This document shows, piece after piece, positions 36,820 through 49,900 of a stretch of DNA of 64,000 nt. The notes under the pieces are model-generated. The model saw nothing but the letters and a program-made list of their open reading frames with translations. It ran no database searches and was not told the origin of the DNA. The DNA is taken from contig NC_045697.1 of the NCBI RefSeq assembly GCF_009834535.1, forward strand, positions 118,298,001 through 118,362,000. The letters run 5' to 3'. Position numbers and translations under genes: made by a program. This stretch comes from Camelus ferus. Its lineage: Eukaryota. Positions within the stretch are counted from its first letter, which is position 1. Each line of letters starts with the position of its first letter.

Positions 36820-37245
36820 GTATCTGGACATATGTAAATGTACCATTTTTACCATTTTTAGGTGTACCACCCTCTGGCATTAAGTACAGTCACAACATTG
36901 TGCAACCACCACTGCTGTCCATTTCTGGAACCTTTCTCATCTTCCCAAACAGAAACTCTGTACCCATTAAACAGTAACTCCCCCTTCCCTCCTCCCCACC
37001 TCCCCCCAGTGCCCAGGAAACGCTAGTATACTTTTTGTCTCTGAATTTGCTTTTTCTAGGTACCTCATGTAAGTGGAATGACACTACATTTGTCCTTTTG
37101 TGTCAAGATGCATCCACGTTGTAACACGTGTCAGAATTTCATTGCTCATTAAGGCTGAATAATGTTCCGTTGGATGTATGTACCACGTTTTGTTTACACT
37201 CACCTGTTGATGAATATTTGGGTTGTGTCCACCGTGTTGTTCCAT
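36820..37245 (-). mobile_element. L1MB-type 3' fragment
   Basis: CATTAAGTACAGTCACAACATTGTGCAACCACCAC...AACTCTGTACCCATTAAACAGTAACTCCCC. Confidence 0.9.
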
Positions 37246-37402
37246 CTTAAACAAGAGAAGTTTATCATCCATCATTCCATAGTGACTGACAGTCCTCCCC
37301 TTCCCTCTCCCTCCTTTTAACAAGGGACCTTGGAAGACTCAAAATCAACTGACCCTCCCCAGCAGACAGAATGAGAGTTCCTTTCTTTGTGGAGTACATT
37401 TT

Positions 37403-38047
37403 TCTTCCTTTTTTATTGAAGTATAGTCAGTTTACAATGTTGTGTCAATTTCTGGTGTATTGCATCATGTCCCAGTCATGCATATACATACATATAATCC
37501 TTTTCATATTCTTTTTCATTAAAGGTTATTACAAGATATTGAATATAGTTCTCTGGGCTATCTAGAAGAAATTTTTTTAAATCTATTTTTATATATGGTG
37601 GTTAACATTTGCAAATCTCAAACTCCCAAATTTATCCCTTCCCCCCACCTTTCCCCCGGTAGCCATAAGATTGTTTACTATGTCTGTGAGTCTGTTTCTG
37701 TTTTGTAAACGTTAATTTGCGTCATACTTTAGATTCCACATATGAGTGATATCATATGGTATTTTTCTTTCTCCTTCTGGCTTACTTCACTTAGTATGAA
37801 AGTCTCTTGGTCAATCCATGTTGCTGCTGCATTATTTCATTCCTTTTTATGACTGAGTAGTATTCCATTGTATAAATATACCACAACTTCTTTATCCAGT
37901 CATCTGTCAATGGACATTTAGGTTGCTTCCATGTCTTGGCTATCATATATAGTGCTGCTGTGAACATTGGGGTGCATGTGTGTTTTGGAATTAGAATTCC
38001 TTCCAAACATATGCCCAGGAGTGGGGTTACCAGACCACAGGGTAAGT
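37403..38047 (-). mobile_element. 5'-truncated L1
   Basis: ORF 37791-38057 is the L1 ORF2 end (AKTWKQPKCP); decayed TSD GTGGAGTACATTTT / GTGGGGTCAATTTT. Confidence 0.92.
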
Positions 38048-39090
38048 GTGGGGTCAATTTTATGACAATCTATGAGCAGAACAGAGTTCGCACCACTTGT
38101 CTTTCCTGGTTTCCTCTTCTCTGCCCCTAACAGTGGGTCCACCTCTTCCTGCTTCTAGCCTGCTCCTCAGACACCATTTCCACCAAAGTTGTTGAGCACA
38201 TTCAGCTCAAGTCTTGTGTCTTTTTTCTAAACTTGGACTCAGTAACAGTCAAACTTTCATTTAATTTCCTCTCAATAGAAGAAAGTGTGTTAGATAACTT
38301 TTGACCTTTCATAAAATTGAAAGATGGGAGTTTGCTACGTGCTAGTTAATTACATTCATACAATCTCTGATTCTCAATCAAAGGAAAGCGAAGTTCTCTA
38401 TTTTGCTTTATTGCAAATTAAGAAAATAGAATCCTAACATAAGTAGTGAGAGTTATCTTCCCCTATTTCAGAATATAAATGAAGGTTAAGAAATTTTCTT
38501 TTTAATTTCTGCCTTCCACCAAAAAGCCTCCTTCTCATGCATTTTCAGATGCAGGATTTCTAAACTACACCAGCTGTAACAAAAGAAGTCAGAAACAACA
38601 CAAAACTGAAATCTAGTGGCAAATAAGACCAAGCTTATATGTGTGTCTATTTCATTATTTACATATCTGTGTTTTTATCATAATTTAGATTCGCATGGAA
38701 TAAAATAGGTTAACTCTTCACAATGTAATTCCTCCATTGCAAAATAAATAAGGTTCAAAAATACAATCAAACAGAAGGCAAGATTGCATTATTGTGAGGT
38801 TAATGTGATCACTGCAGTGAGCTTGAATATCAAGCTAGTTGGAGAATCCTGGGAACTTGACTGCCTCCTGCTTTGAAAAAGGAATTTTCTGCTCTTTTCT
38901 GTCTAGATCTTGCTATTCTCTCTAAATCTCCCCCTAATCTAAGTGTCCAGAAGGAAAGAACTTCAGACTGCCTGTATTTGAGAACCCCAGTGGGGGAACA
39001 AAGACAGTTGCCAATTGCATTACATTCAAATTTGCATCATTTCTGAGTGTGTAATGTCAGGATTCTCCTGTTCTGAGTAAATATCACCCC

Positions 39091-39092
<2 letters not shown>

Positions 39093-39142
<50 letters not shown>
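39093..39142. repeat. (AC)25 microsatellite
   Basis: Uninterrupted dinucleotide run. Confidence 0.98.
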
Positions 39143-39146
<4 letters not shown>

Positions 39147-39639
39147 GTATTTATTTAACAACAGGAAAATATTGTTTTTGTCATTTATACTCAAAGTTGT
39201 TTAAATCTTGAACTGAATTCACATCAGTCCCCACTCTTCCTTTTTAAAATCAAGATTTCTTAAAGCAGTCCTTTCAAAGCTGTCTTGGTCCAATCACTTC
39301 TGAAGAAAATTGCTGATTAATTATTAATTCAGCAATTACTGTAATCAGAGGCTTCAATTTTATTCAAAATAAGGCATAGTGAGTAAAATATGGCACATGA
39401 TCGACATCCAGGAAACATTCACTGAATTATTGAAATGTGAGTGCAGGGCTCGTACTGAATCAGAGCTGCAGGGCTTCCAAGCAGCCCGCACAGCGTCGCA
39501 GAGACGACCGTGAACGTGCAGGAGATCCACGTGGAGTGCGGCGGTTTCCTCGAGTGCAGTCACCGTCGCGGGTTCCCGCTTTGAGATGCCGTAGACGAGG
39601 GGCGTTAACTGCTCTCGATTCTAGAACAAGGCTGACTTC

Positions 39640-39740
39640 CAGTCTTGTCCTCTTGTCCTCAGCCTCCTCATCTGTGAAACGTGGGTAATAACGGTGCCTG
39701 CCCTGCGGGAGGTCGCAGGGTGAGAGGCGCCTACAGACAT
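39640..39740 (+). mobile_element. MIR core
   Basis: CCTCAGCCTCCTCATCTGTGAAACGTGGGTAATAACGG. Confidence 0.75.
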
Positions 39741-39947
39741 TCAGACTCTGTTACAGACACAGATGTACTCAAGCCTAGGAGTGTATATTACATACATAAA
39801 TATATAATGTCAGATAAAATGGCTGTTTAGGCATTTCTCTCTCTCTTCCTCTCTCTGTTTCTTCCGTTTGCCTGGGTTAAATTACAGAAATTAGCATTTA
39901 TAAATCTCTAAATGGTCCATGATAAACCTGATATAAATCACAACCAT

Positions 39948-40045
39948 TTTTTTTTTATTGAAGTATTGTCAGTTACAATGTGTTAATTTCTGGTGTGCAG
40001 CACCATGTCCCAGTCATGCACATACACACATAGATTCGTTTTCAG
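39948..40045 (-). mobile_element. Short L1 3' end
   Basis: poly-T then TATTGAAGTATTGTCAGTTACAATGTG...ATGTCCCAGTCATGCA. Confidence 0.85.
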
Positions 40046-41299
40046 TCATTTTTAATCCACAGCTCACTTGCAAATCCCAGTCTCTGTGGCCCTTCTGCTG
40101 GTGTTGCCCTTATCTGAATAATCCGACTGTCCCAAAGGAACTCACTGCTTTATGAATCTGAGAGGAGCCGGGGTAGCATCAGGCATCTGCAGAGTTCAGT
40201 GAGGGTTTGTCCACGAGAACTCTCTCCCGCCTCTGTGTATTCCACACACCCCACACGTGGCCATGGTGATCACTATTATCCACCGAGTGGTGAGTATTTG
40301 CCGGTTTATCCATCATACTTAAAAATGGGAATGTTTTACCCATTATTCTCAGAGGTGCTGAGAATGAAAAAGATTAAATAAATGTTCCAAAGTCAAACTG
40401 TTTGCAGACAGAAGGGAGAGGTTCAACGTCTCGGTCCCCGACACGAACAGCCAGCCACCTTCCCTCTGCTACAACACGTATTTCTTTTGCGGGTTTGTAT
40501 TCAGCTCTGCTGTGTCCCTGGCTCTGGTCTGTTGTTTTCCCTAAACTTGCAGCTTCATGCCATGTTTTGTTCCCCTGATCCGGTTGCTTCCTCTCTCCTG
40601 GCGTGGTCCTCCTGAGTTGTGTGCACATGCTGCGATCTCACCTCTGCCCTTTGACCTGAAGACCTGGCCTGAGACACTTCCAGTTTCAGTGGGAACAGCC
40701 TGTCTTCCCAGGGACCCCTTTACATCTCCTTGACCCCCGGGTCTTTCTAACAACAGTGACATGACAGGCGGAGGAGGGAGCACTCTGACTCTTCCAAAGT
40801 GCACATGATGGCTTTTAGTGAACTGGGAAACTTCTGCCCCAAATGCCGTTGAGCTCCCCTGTAAATAAACACAGTCCATCTGCTACCTTCACATTTCACT
40901 CTAACTGGGTGCTATTTATTTAATTAGCACAGTTCCTGTTACATTTATTTTGCCTCAAAGAACCAAAATGGTTTGGGAAATTCCATGCTAATTGAATCTA
41001 AGATGGATAATCTTGCCGTAAATCTGTCTCATGGACTATGATTTTTCAACATCAAGAAAGTAAAAAGATTGATTTTCCTGGGATCTCTATAAAGGAATTC
41101 TTTGCATGTAAAATAACAACTCTGCCTTCCACTTTCCCCAAAAGGCAAATACCTGGGTGAAAATAATCAATAAATAGGATACTTCCATTTTTTAAGTTAC
41201 ACAAGCAACACAAACACATTGTCAAACAATATAAATTACAGATGAATGAAAAGAAAAATACAGGTGTCCATGGTGAATGTTCTAAAGTTTCTTTATGCA

Positions 41300-42345
41300 A
41301 TTTTTTTCCTTTTTTTTGCTGTGGTATAATACAAATAACATAGCATCTTAACTGTTCTTACGTGTACAGTTGAATGATACTAAATATACTTACAATGTGC
41401 TACATTACCACCAGAACTCTGCATCTTGTAAAACTGAAACTCTGTATCCATTAAATAGTAACTCTTCATTTCCACTTCCCCCCAGCTCTGGGCAATCACC
41501 ATGCCATTTTCCGTCTCTGATTTTTGAGTACCCTAAGTACTTCATATAAGACGAATTACATAGTGTTTGTATTTGGGGGACTGGTTTATTACACTGAGCA
41601 TAATGTCCTCAAGGTTCATCCGTCAGTAGCACGTCAGAATTTCCTTTCTTCTTAAGACTGAATAATCGGTATATATACACGGTATACACACACCACAGTC
41701 TGTCTCCCATCCACATGTTGATGGACACTTAGGTTGCACCCATGTTTCAGCTACTGTGAATAATGCGTCTGTGACAGGGTGTACAAATCTCTCTTCAGGA
41801 GTCTGGGTGTAATTCCCTCAGTGTACACCCAGAAACAGAATTGCTACATCATATGATAATTCTATTTTTAATTCTTTGAGGAAGCGCCATGCTGTTTCCT
41901 ACAGCAGCTGCACCGTTTTACATTCCCACCTACAGAGCTCAAAGTTCCAATTTCTCCACATCCTCACCAACACTTGTTTCTGGTTTTTCAGATGGAAGAC
42001 ATCCTAATGGTTGTGGGGTGGCATCTAATTGTAGTTTTGATTTGTACTTCCTTAATACTTAGTGATGCCGAGTATCTTTTCATGTCCTCATTGACCATCT
42101 GTATATCTTCCTTGGAGAAATGTCCATTCACGTCCTTTGACCATTTTTGAATTAGGTTGCTGGTTTTTCATGTTGTTGAATTTTAGAAGTTGTCAACATA
42201 CACTGGATATTAATCCCTTATTAGATTAATATATATTGATTAATATATTAATGTATTAATAATATATTAATCCCTTATTAAATATATGTGATTAGCGAAT
42301 ATTTTCTCCCATTGTGTGAGTTGACATTTTATGCTGGTTAACCAT
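41300..42345 (-). mobile_element. L1MA/L1MB-type 3' fragment
   Basis: CTGAAACTCTGTATCCATTAAA, TTACATTCCCACC, TTGTAGTTTTGATTTG. Confidence 0.9.
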
Positions 42346-42359
42346 GTCCTGTTATCCTA

Positions 42360-43230
42360 TAACATTTATAACATTTATTCTAAAACATTTAGAGTTGGAA
42401 TAAATCTAAAAAATTCCAAACACTGGAGAATATAAGACTGTATTTCTTTATCACAATGTAAATGTATTGGAAATTAATATAAGAAGATAAATTTATTAAT
42501 TTTATGTGTTTAGAATTTTTATTAAATAAACTTCTAAATAAACCAGGAGACAAAGAATGAAATATTATGCAAACTAGTAAATACTTAGAATTGACTGCAA
42601 AGAATAATAAGACATATAAAAACAGTACTTAGAGAAAACATTAAATGCTTATTTGTTAAAAATTTGGCCTAAAGATTGATTTGAGCATATAATTAAAAAG
42701 TTAAGAACTTAGGAAACCGGCAATAATTTGAAAAAAAGGTAAATTATAAGGATAAGAATCGTAATTAATGCAAAAGCAAAAGGAGATTATTAATGAGGAG
42801 AAATTCAACTAGCCAAAGATGACCTTGGATAAGACTGAAAAACAGACAAACCTCTGGCAAGACCCTCAGATCACTTTACTGATGATCCACATATTATTTC
42901 GTTAGTGTTAAGACTGGATAGAGACTACACTGAAAAGGGAAATTAAATTCAGTCTCATTGATGAACAGATATGCAAAAATCCTAAAAATGTTTTAGCAAA
43001 TTGAATTCAGGATAGAGTCAATAGACAAATCATGAATTTTAATTAATTCCTGGAATGCAAGGAATAATTAACATTAGTCAAATGGAATTCTTATGGACTA
43101 GGGAAGAAATATTCATACGGTCGTTTCCATAGAAGCAAAAAAAAAAAAGCATGCATACAATTTTCTCATCATAATAATATCCTAACCAATTTGGTTAAAT
43201 GATTTTTTCCTTAACCCAAAAAAGAGTATT
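42360..43230 (+). mobile_element. Ancient L1 ORF2 remnant
   Basis: GACAAACCTCTGGCAAGAC; ATGAACAGATATGCAAAAATCCTAAA; CCTGGAATGCAAGGA. Confidence 0.7.
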
Positions 43231-43465
43231 AGAGTTGTGCTGATTATCTACCCGAATGTGTGCTTTTTTTCTTTCCTCCGTAGAAATAGAATTAAAGCTA
43301 TGCATAATAGTTCCTCTGCTAGAAGATATTTCTTAAGTATCCTTGAAGTTAAAGGTAAACATGGAACCAAGTTTTCACCAATAAAATGTGACCAAAAGTC
43401 ATATGTTCCACTTTCTTGTTGGGAACTGACACATTGGTTGGGCTTCTTCTATTTTGTCTCCTTTT

Positions 43466-43658
43466 TTCTGAAACAGCTTTATTGAGAAGTAGTTTATACA
43501 CCAAAACCTGTATGTATTTAATGTGTGCAATTTGATGAGTTTGGGCTTATGCATAAACCCATGAAAAAAAAATCATCATAGTCAAGGCAGTAGATACATC
43601 CACCACCTGCAAAAGTTTCTTTGCTTCCCTTTGGTTTTATTATTTTGTTTGTTTGTGT

Positions 43659-43695
<37 letters not shown>

Positions 43696-43973
43696 GTAAG
43701 AACATTTAATGTGTTCATTGCAGCCTTGTTCACAATAGCCAAGTTATGGAAACAACCCAAGTGTCCATTGACAGGGGAATGGATGAAGAAAATATGGTAT
43801 ATACATGCAATGGAATAGTATAAAAAGAAGGAAATCTTGCCATTGGTAACAACATGGTTGAGCCTAGAGCATGTTATGTTAAGCAAATAAGCCAAAAGAC
43901 CCATACTGCATGATTGCACTTCTATGAGGGACCTAGAGTATCCAGTCTTGTCGAAGCAGAGGACAGAATGGTG
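43466..43973 (-). mobile_element. L1MA9/10-like element with 5' inversion
   Basis: 3'UTR antisense 43466-43710, upstream segment in sense orientation 43711-43973; flanks TGTCTCCTTTT / TTTCTCCCTTT. Confidence 0.8.
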
Positions 43974-44050
43974 TTTCTCCCTTTGGTCTATGGAAACTCA
44001 GACCTTCCTGGACCCAGGTAAAGCAGTGCCTATTCTTATAATGCCTTAAA

Positions 44051-44510
44051 CAGCAATTTTCTAACCTAAGGGTCATGGGACCAAGGGTTCCGTGGAAAGA
44101 AGCAGGGTCTGTGAGCCTGAATGGGGTAAATTACACCCTTATTTTCCCTAACTTTTAACTATAAGATAGCGTTTCCTTCTATCATGAAGGCAGACTACAA
44201 ACTACATGTGTAGTAGCAGTATTTGTGAGTTTGTTATGAATAGAAAGCACAGATATTTTCATATCCCAGGTATCTTAAAATAGAGTTAATGATTATTATT
44301 TCTCCAGAATTTTGAAAGCTACTGCTATATCTTGCTATTTAATTCACAAAGGAAAAACAAGGCACATTAATATATCACAAATTTGGTAGATTCATAATTA
44401 GATAACATATTTTTCAATATAACTGGTTGTTCTTTTAACGTCACTATTTTATTTTGTGCACTTAAAAGAATTACTTTGATTTGGAGCCCATGAGCTTCAC
44501 AGAAAGCCAT
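44051..44510. mobile_element. hAT-Charlie DNA transposon remnant (MER113/Charlie4-like)
   Basis: CAG...CTAACCT...GGGTCATGG start; TTACACCCTTATTTTC; ATAGAAAGCACAGATATTTTCATATC. Confidence 0.7.
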
Positions 44511-44539
44511 CATCTTCTTCTGAGAGAAAAATAACTATG

Positions 44540-45760
44540 GTAGAACCAGATTCTGGACACATTTTGATTTGCTTCTGAACTGAACATGGGGAGTGAGAGA
44601 AAGAGTGAAAGATATATTCAGTTTTGAACCGAGCAGCTGGAAAAATGGTGCTGACATTTACCAAGATGGAGAAGGCTCAGGGGCAGCTGGCTTCAGGAGG
44701 AGTTCAGTTTGAGATGTGTTGAGATTGGATGCCTAACAGTCACCCGTCTTGGCTGGCAGTGTGCATTTGGGGGTCACTGGCATGTTAACATCACTTAAAA
44801 ACATGAGCTCAACACTTAGAGGCAGAGTTTAAACAGGAAGAGAAGTCAAAGAACTCAGCCCTGTGAGCCAACCACAACTAGCAGGTTTGGTAGAGGAGGA
44901 GACGGCACCAAACATGAGTGGGAAGTACCCACCAAATGGCAAGAGAAGGGCCAAGTATGTCCAGAGAGCTGGTCCAGCGCAGTGAGGGCTGAGAACCATG
45001 TAAGCAGTGGGCAGTGACTGAAGACCTGGGCGAGAGGCAAGGGTGGAAAATGAGAGTAAAGAAGATTCCAAAGAACACGGGAGGAGAGAGACTGGCATGA
45101 GGGTTAGACGTTACTCTGGGAAGAGTTTTGCTGTAAATGGAAGAAAGAGGGTGATCGTTGGAACAGGTAAGGAGTGAAAAGTGTTGTTTTTATTTGTTTT
45201 GTCTTGATGTAATAAAGGAGAGCAGTAGCCTGTATGTGTGGTGAGGAAGAGGAAATACAGGAAGAAAAACGATGAGGCACCAAAGGAAAGAAATGCTATG
45301 ACAATGTCCTCAGCAGGCACACAGGACCGGCTCTGATTACACAAGGAGGTGTCGTCCTGGTTAGGGGTGCAGACAGCGCGTTCATCGCCCAGGAGGGAGC
45401 GGAAAGCAAGCACGCCCAGATGCGCTCCTGCTCCGGCTCTGATGGCAGCTTGTTTCTCGGTGAAATAGAAACTGAGCTCATCAGCTGAGAGTGCGGATGA
45501 TGAGAGAGGCGGAGAAGATTTCAGAAGAGAAGAGAGACTGTAACGCAGCTAATGTGGAGAGTTGAGGAGCGAATACAGAGCAGTACAGCCTGGCATTTGG
45601 ACCGGGGTTCACTAAAGATCAGCAAATAAACTTCAAGCGAGGCCAGTTGGCGCGGGTACGATGTGTGCGCTTCCTCCAACCACGGTCGCCCGACTGCAGC
45701 GTAGGTGGAGGGTCGAATTTAACAGCAGCACCGTAACTGCCATGAAGTAAAGGACCCGCA
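44540..45760 (-). mobile_element. L2 ORF2 remnant
   Basis: GAGCAGCTGGAAAAATGGTG; GGAGTTCAGTTTGAGATGTGTTGAG; GAAGAGTTTTGCTGTAAATGG. Confidence 0.75.
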
Positions 45761-46939
45761 AAGGAGCTTTTGTGTATGCGAGTGAGTTCACACTTAGCCC
45801 CAAGCATTCAGCATTCAGGCTGGAACCGACGAATCTTGTTGAAGAATACAGATTTAGAGATTGTATTCACCTTTTACATCCTCCTTTAAAGTACATCCAA
45901 AAATAGTTATTTATTGTTCACTTTACCTCGTCCAAAGACATTTTTTGTCTACCCCTTTTTATTTAAAAACAAGAGCGAGTAAAAGAAAACTATGCTTATT
46001 GTTACATAAGAACAGAAATATGTGATGGAAAACAACATTTGTTAAAACAACTAAATTTTAAAGGGGAAACAAGAAAAATGAAGGACTTTGAGGTACCGTG
46101 AATAAAATAAACCCCCAGTCAGGCTCTTGAGATCATACGAAGAAAATATAGCATTGACACCTAGTGCTTATGTAAAGTCAAAAATGATGTGTACAAGGAA
46201 AGATGCTATAAAGGATTACAACGCAATTGCCTTGGTATAATTAGCAACCTGCTATAATTAACAACTACTTAGAATTCACAGAAGAATCCACATTTAAATA
46301 TTGTCATTTTTAGAAAAACTAAAAGCATGGCATCCAGAAGGCAATTGTTCCAGCAAATAAAAATATTAGCTTTTCATCACCACCGTCAACACATGTTCAC
46401 ATCATCTGTTCATTCAGACCAACATGAAAATTTGCAGAATACGATGGAATGATGAGTACGTCTATGAGGATCGTAAGCCTGGCTGTAGCAATGAGAAACC
46501 AAAGAAACCGCAACAAGGAGCCAGCTCAGTAGGTGAGCGCTGGTACGGCATGTAACAAGAGTTACTGTGTACATCTGATACTTGTGTCTATGAAATTTGA
46601 TAATAATGCTCAGTAGGATCCTGTGACATATTCCCCTTCGTATTTGTGGATGTTCCCACAACCCCCTTCAGCACCGCGTCGCCTCACCCTCCAGCCTCCC
46701 AAGACAATCACGGACATGCCCCCTAAACACACGTTTCTTGAGCGAACATAGAAGTTTGCCTTTTACATTTTGGCGCCTCTAGGAGCCCAGCATAGTCCCT
46801 TTTCTAAAGAGGGCAGCAGCCCGTGCCAACCACCTGAAGCATGAGGATCGATACACAGAACCAAGTTCAGCATCAACGGCTTCATCTTCCAGTTTTCAAA
46901 TCTGAGTAAGGGGTTGTTATGGTTTGTTTTTAAAGGATT

Positions 46940-49900
46940 CTGTTTTGAGGTCATATCAAATTAATCATTGCTTAAGCCAAGTTCATAAAAATGTTTCTAT
47001 TGTTTTCTTCTACAAGTTTTATTGTTTCAACTTTAAATTTAGGTCTGGGATCCATTTATATTAAATTTGTATGTATGATGTGAGAGATGTGCCCAAGTTC
47101 AGTGTGTGTGTGTGTGTGTGTGCGTGCAATCATTTGTGGGAAGTCTACCACCCTCCCCACTGAATTCCATTGGCATCTTTGATAAAAATCAGTTCACCAC
47201 AAATGAACAGATTTATTTTTGGGGTTCTCAATTGTATTCTGCTTCTCTTTATGTCTGTAAATAGTAGACATGCCCTGCGATATCTTGATTAGTGTTACTT
47301 ACAGCAAGCTTTGAATTCAGGTAGTGTAAATTCACCAAATTAGTTCTTCTTTATCAAAATGGTTTTGCCATTCTAAATTCTTCGTGTTTCTCTGTAAATA
47401 TTAAGATCACCCTTCCAATTTCTCCAAAGACTAAAGCTAAAAAATAAAACTATGCTGGAATTGTGATTATCATTGCATTGAATCTACAGATCAATTTGGG
47501 GGAAATGTAATTTGCAAAATACTGCTTCTTCCAATCTATGCACTTGGTATGCCTCTCCATCTATTTAAATCTTCTTTCCTCACGTTTGGTAGTTTTCATG
47601 GTACAGGTCCTGCACATCTTTTATTGAATTCATAAAATTTTTTATGTTGTGATTTGAAATATTTTAGTCATTTTCGTCATCATTTGTTGCTGCCATTATA
47701 GAAACAATTAATTTTAGTATCTTGATTTTGCACCTTTGTTAAGCTTATTTATTAGTTCTTAGATATCACAGTTTTTTGGGGGTTTTTTTTGTTTTTTTTT
47801 TTTTTGTAGATTCTTTGTGATTTCATACATTTAGAATCAGGTCATCTGTGAATAAAGAAAGCTGTACTACCCTCTTTCCGATCTGTATACTTTTTTTTCC
47901 TGACTTATTTTCTTATTACACTGGCTTGAATATACAGTACAATGTTGAATAGAAGTGGTGAGAGTGGACATTTATTCCTTGTTACTGATCTTATGAGAAA
48001 AATGTTCAGTGTTACACCATTAAGTATGATGTTAGCACTAAGTTTTAATCAATGCCTTTTAGCAGGTTGGACAAGCTCCCTTCTATTCCTGTGCTTTTCT
48101 GCATCTATTGAGATGATTGTACTGCTTTTGACCTTTATTAATATGATATATTGACTGATTTTCAGATGTAGACCAACCTTATATACCTGGGAGAAACCTC
48201 ACTTAATCATAATGTGTTCTGTATGTACGCCACTGTCACACTGCATAACGCCCCTAACGTTTTGTGAATGCTTTGCTTCTATATTCATGTGGCATAAAGG
48301 GCTCTTGCCTTGTAACGTCTTCTTTCCTTGTAATGTCCTTGTCTGGTTTTGGTACCAAGATAGTTCTGACCTCATAGATGAGTTGGAAAGTATTCTCTCA
48401 TCTATTTTCTGAATTTGCATAGGATGAGTATTATTTCTCCTATAAATATCTGCTTAAATTCACCAGTATAAGTATTTAGACCTTAGCTTTTCTTTGTGGG
48501 AAATTTTTGACTATTAATCCAATGTCTTTACTTGTTATAGGTCCTGTTTTGAATTCTTCTTGGGTCAGTTTTAGTAAATTATGCCTTTCTAGAAATTTGT
48601 CCTTTGATCTATCTTCTCTAATTTAAAAGAAGAGTTTCAAACACAAAGGTTTTTGGACATTAAATTATTCATAATGTTCCCTTAAAATCATTTTGATTCC
48701 TTTAAGGTCAGGAATAATGCCCTCTCTTCATAATTTTTGTAGCTTGCTTCTTCCTTCTTTTTATCTTGATCAGCTTTACTAGAGTCTTTCAATCATGTTG
48801 ATCATAAAAACCTACTTTTGGTTTTATTAATTGTCTCTATATTTCTGTTTTATATTTCATTGATTTCTGTGCTTGTCTTTACTATTTTTTATCTATTTGC
48901 TTTGGGTTTCACGTAATTTTTCCTTCTCTAGTTTCTTAAAGTGGAAGATTAGGTTTTTGATTTGATTTTTTTTTCTCACTTTGGTATTTACAGCTGTAAC
49001 TTTCCCTTTAAGCATTGTTTTGCCTGTATTCCATAAATTTTAGTATGCTCTGCTTTTATTTTCGTTAATCTCAAAATATTTTCTAATTTCCTTCAGGTGT
49101 CTCTTCTGGCCCATCAATTATATAGCATTTCAAATTTTTTAAATATATGAACATTTAAGTATTTTCACATATTTGGGCATTTCCCTAACTGCTATGTATT
49201 ATAGACATCTGATTCCTTTTTTTCATGGTAGCAAACAAACTTTGTTTTATTTCTGTCCTTTTAAATTTGTTGGGACTTGTTTTACAGCTTAGTATATGTT
49301 CTATGCCGGAGAATGTTCCATGTACTTTTGAAAAATAATGTGTCTTCTGTGGTCATTGGGCGGAGTGTTCTATGGGTTATAGGTAGATCAGGGTGATGGT
49401 CTTGTTAATGTCTGTAACATCCTTGCTAATTTTATGTCTGGCTGTCCTACTAGATAGAAAGAGAAAAAAGTCTTGAAATCTCTGAATATATTGTTTATTT
49501 TTCTATAGGCTTCTTTTTGTTTGTTTCATCTAAATTTATAATCATTATAAATTCCTGATGTACTGACCTCCTGCATGACGCACTGATTCTGTCTCTAGTA
49601 ACTTTGCTTGTTTTGATGTTTGTTTCACCTGATAACAAGCTAGCCACACAAGTTCTGTTGTGGTAAATGGTTACATGGAGTACCTTTTTCCATCTTTCTA
49701 CTTTGAATCTATTTGTATTTCTATATCTAAATCATATCTCCCATGGACACCATGAAGTCAGATTACTTTTTTTAATCAAGTCTGAAAATCACTGCTTTTC
49801 TATAGTGTTTATTCCATTTACATTTTTTGAAAATTTATGTTTGACATTTAGGTATTTTGTCTGTATATTTTATGTCTATATTGTATCCTTGTGCCTTATT

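Noticed and set aside
46770..46790. CTCF-like motifs (also near 2258-2275 and 55925-55940)
   Set aside because: Only partial matches to the consensus; cannot be distinguished from chance without PWM scoring or ChIP data.
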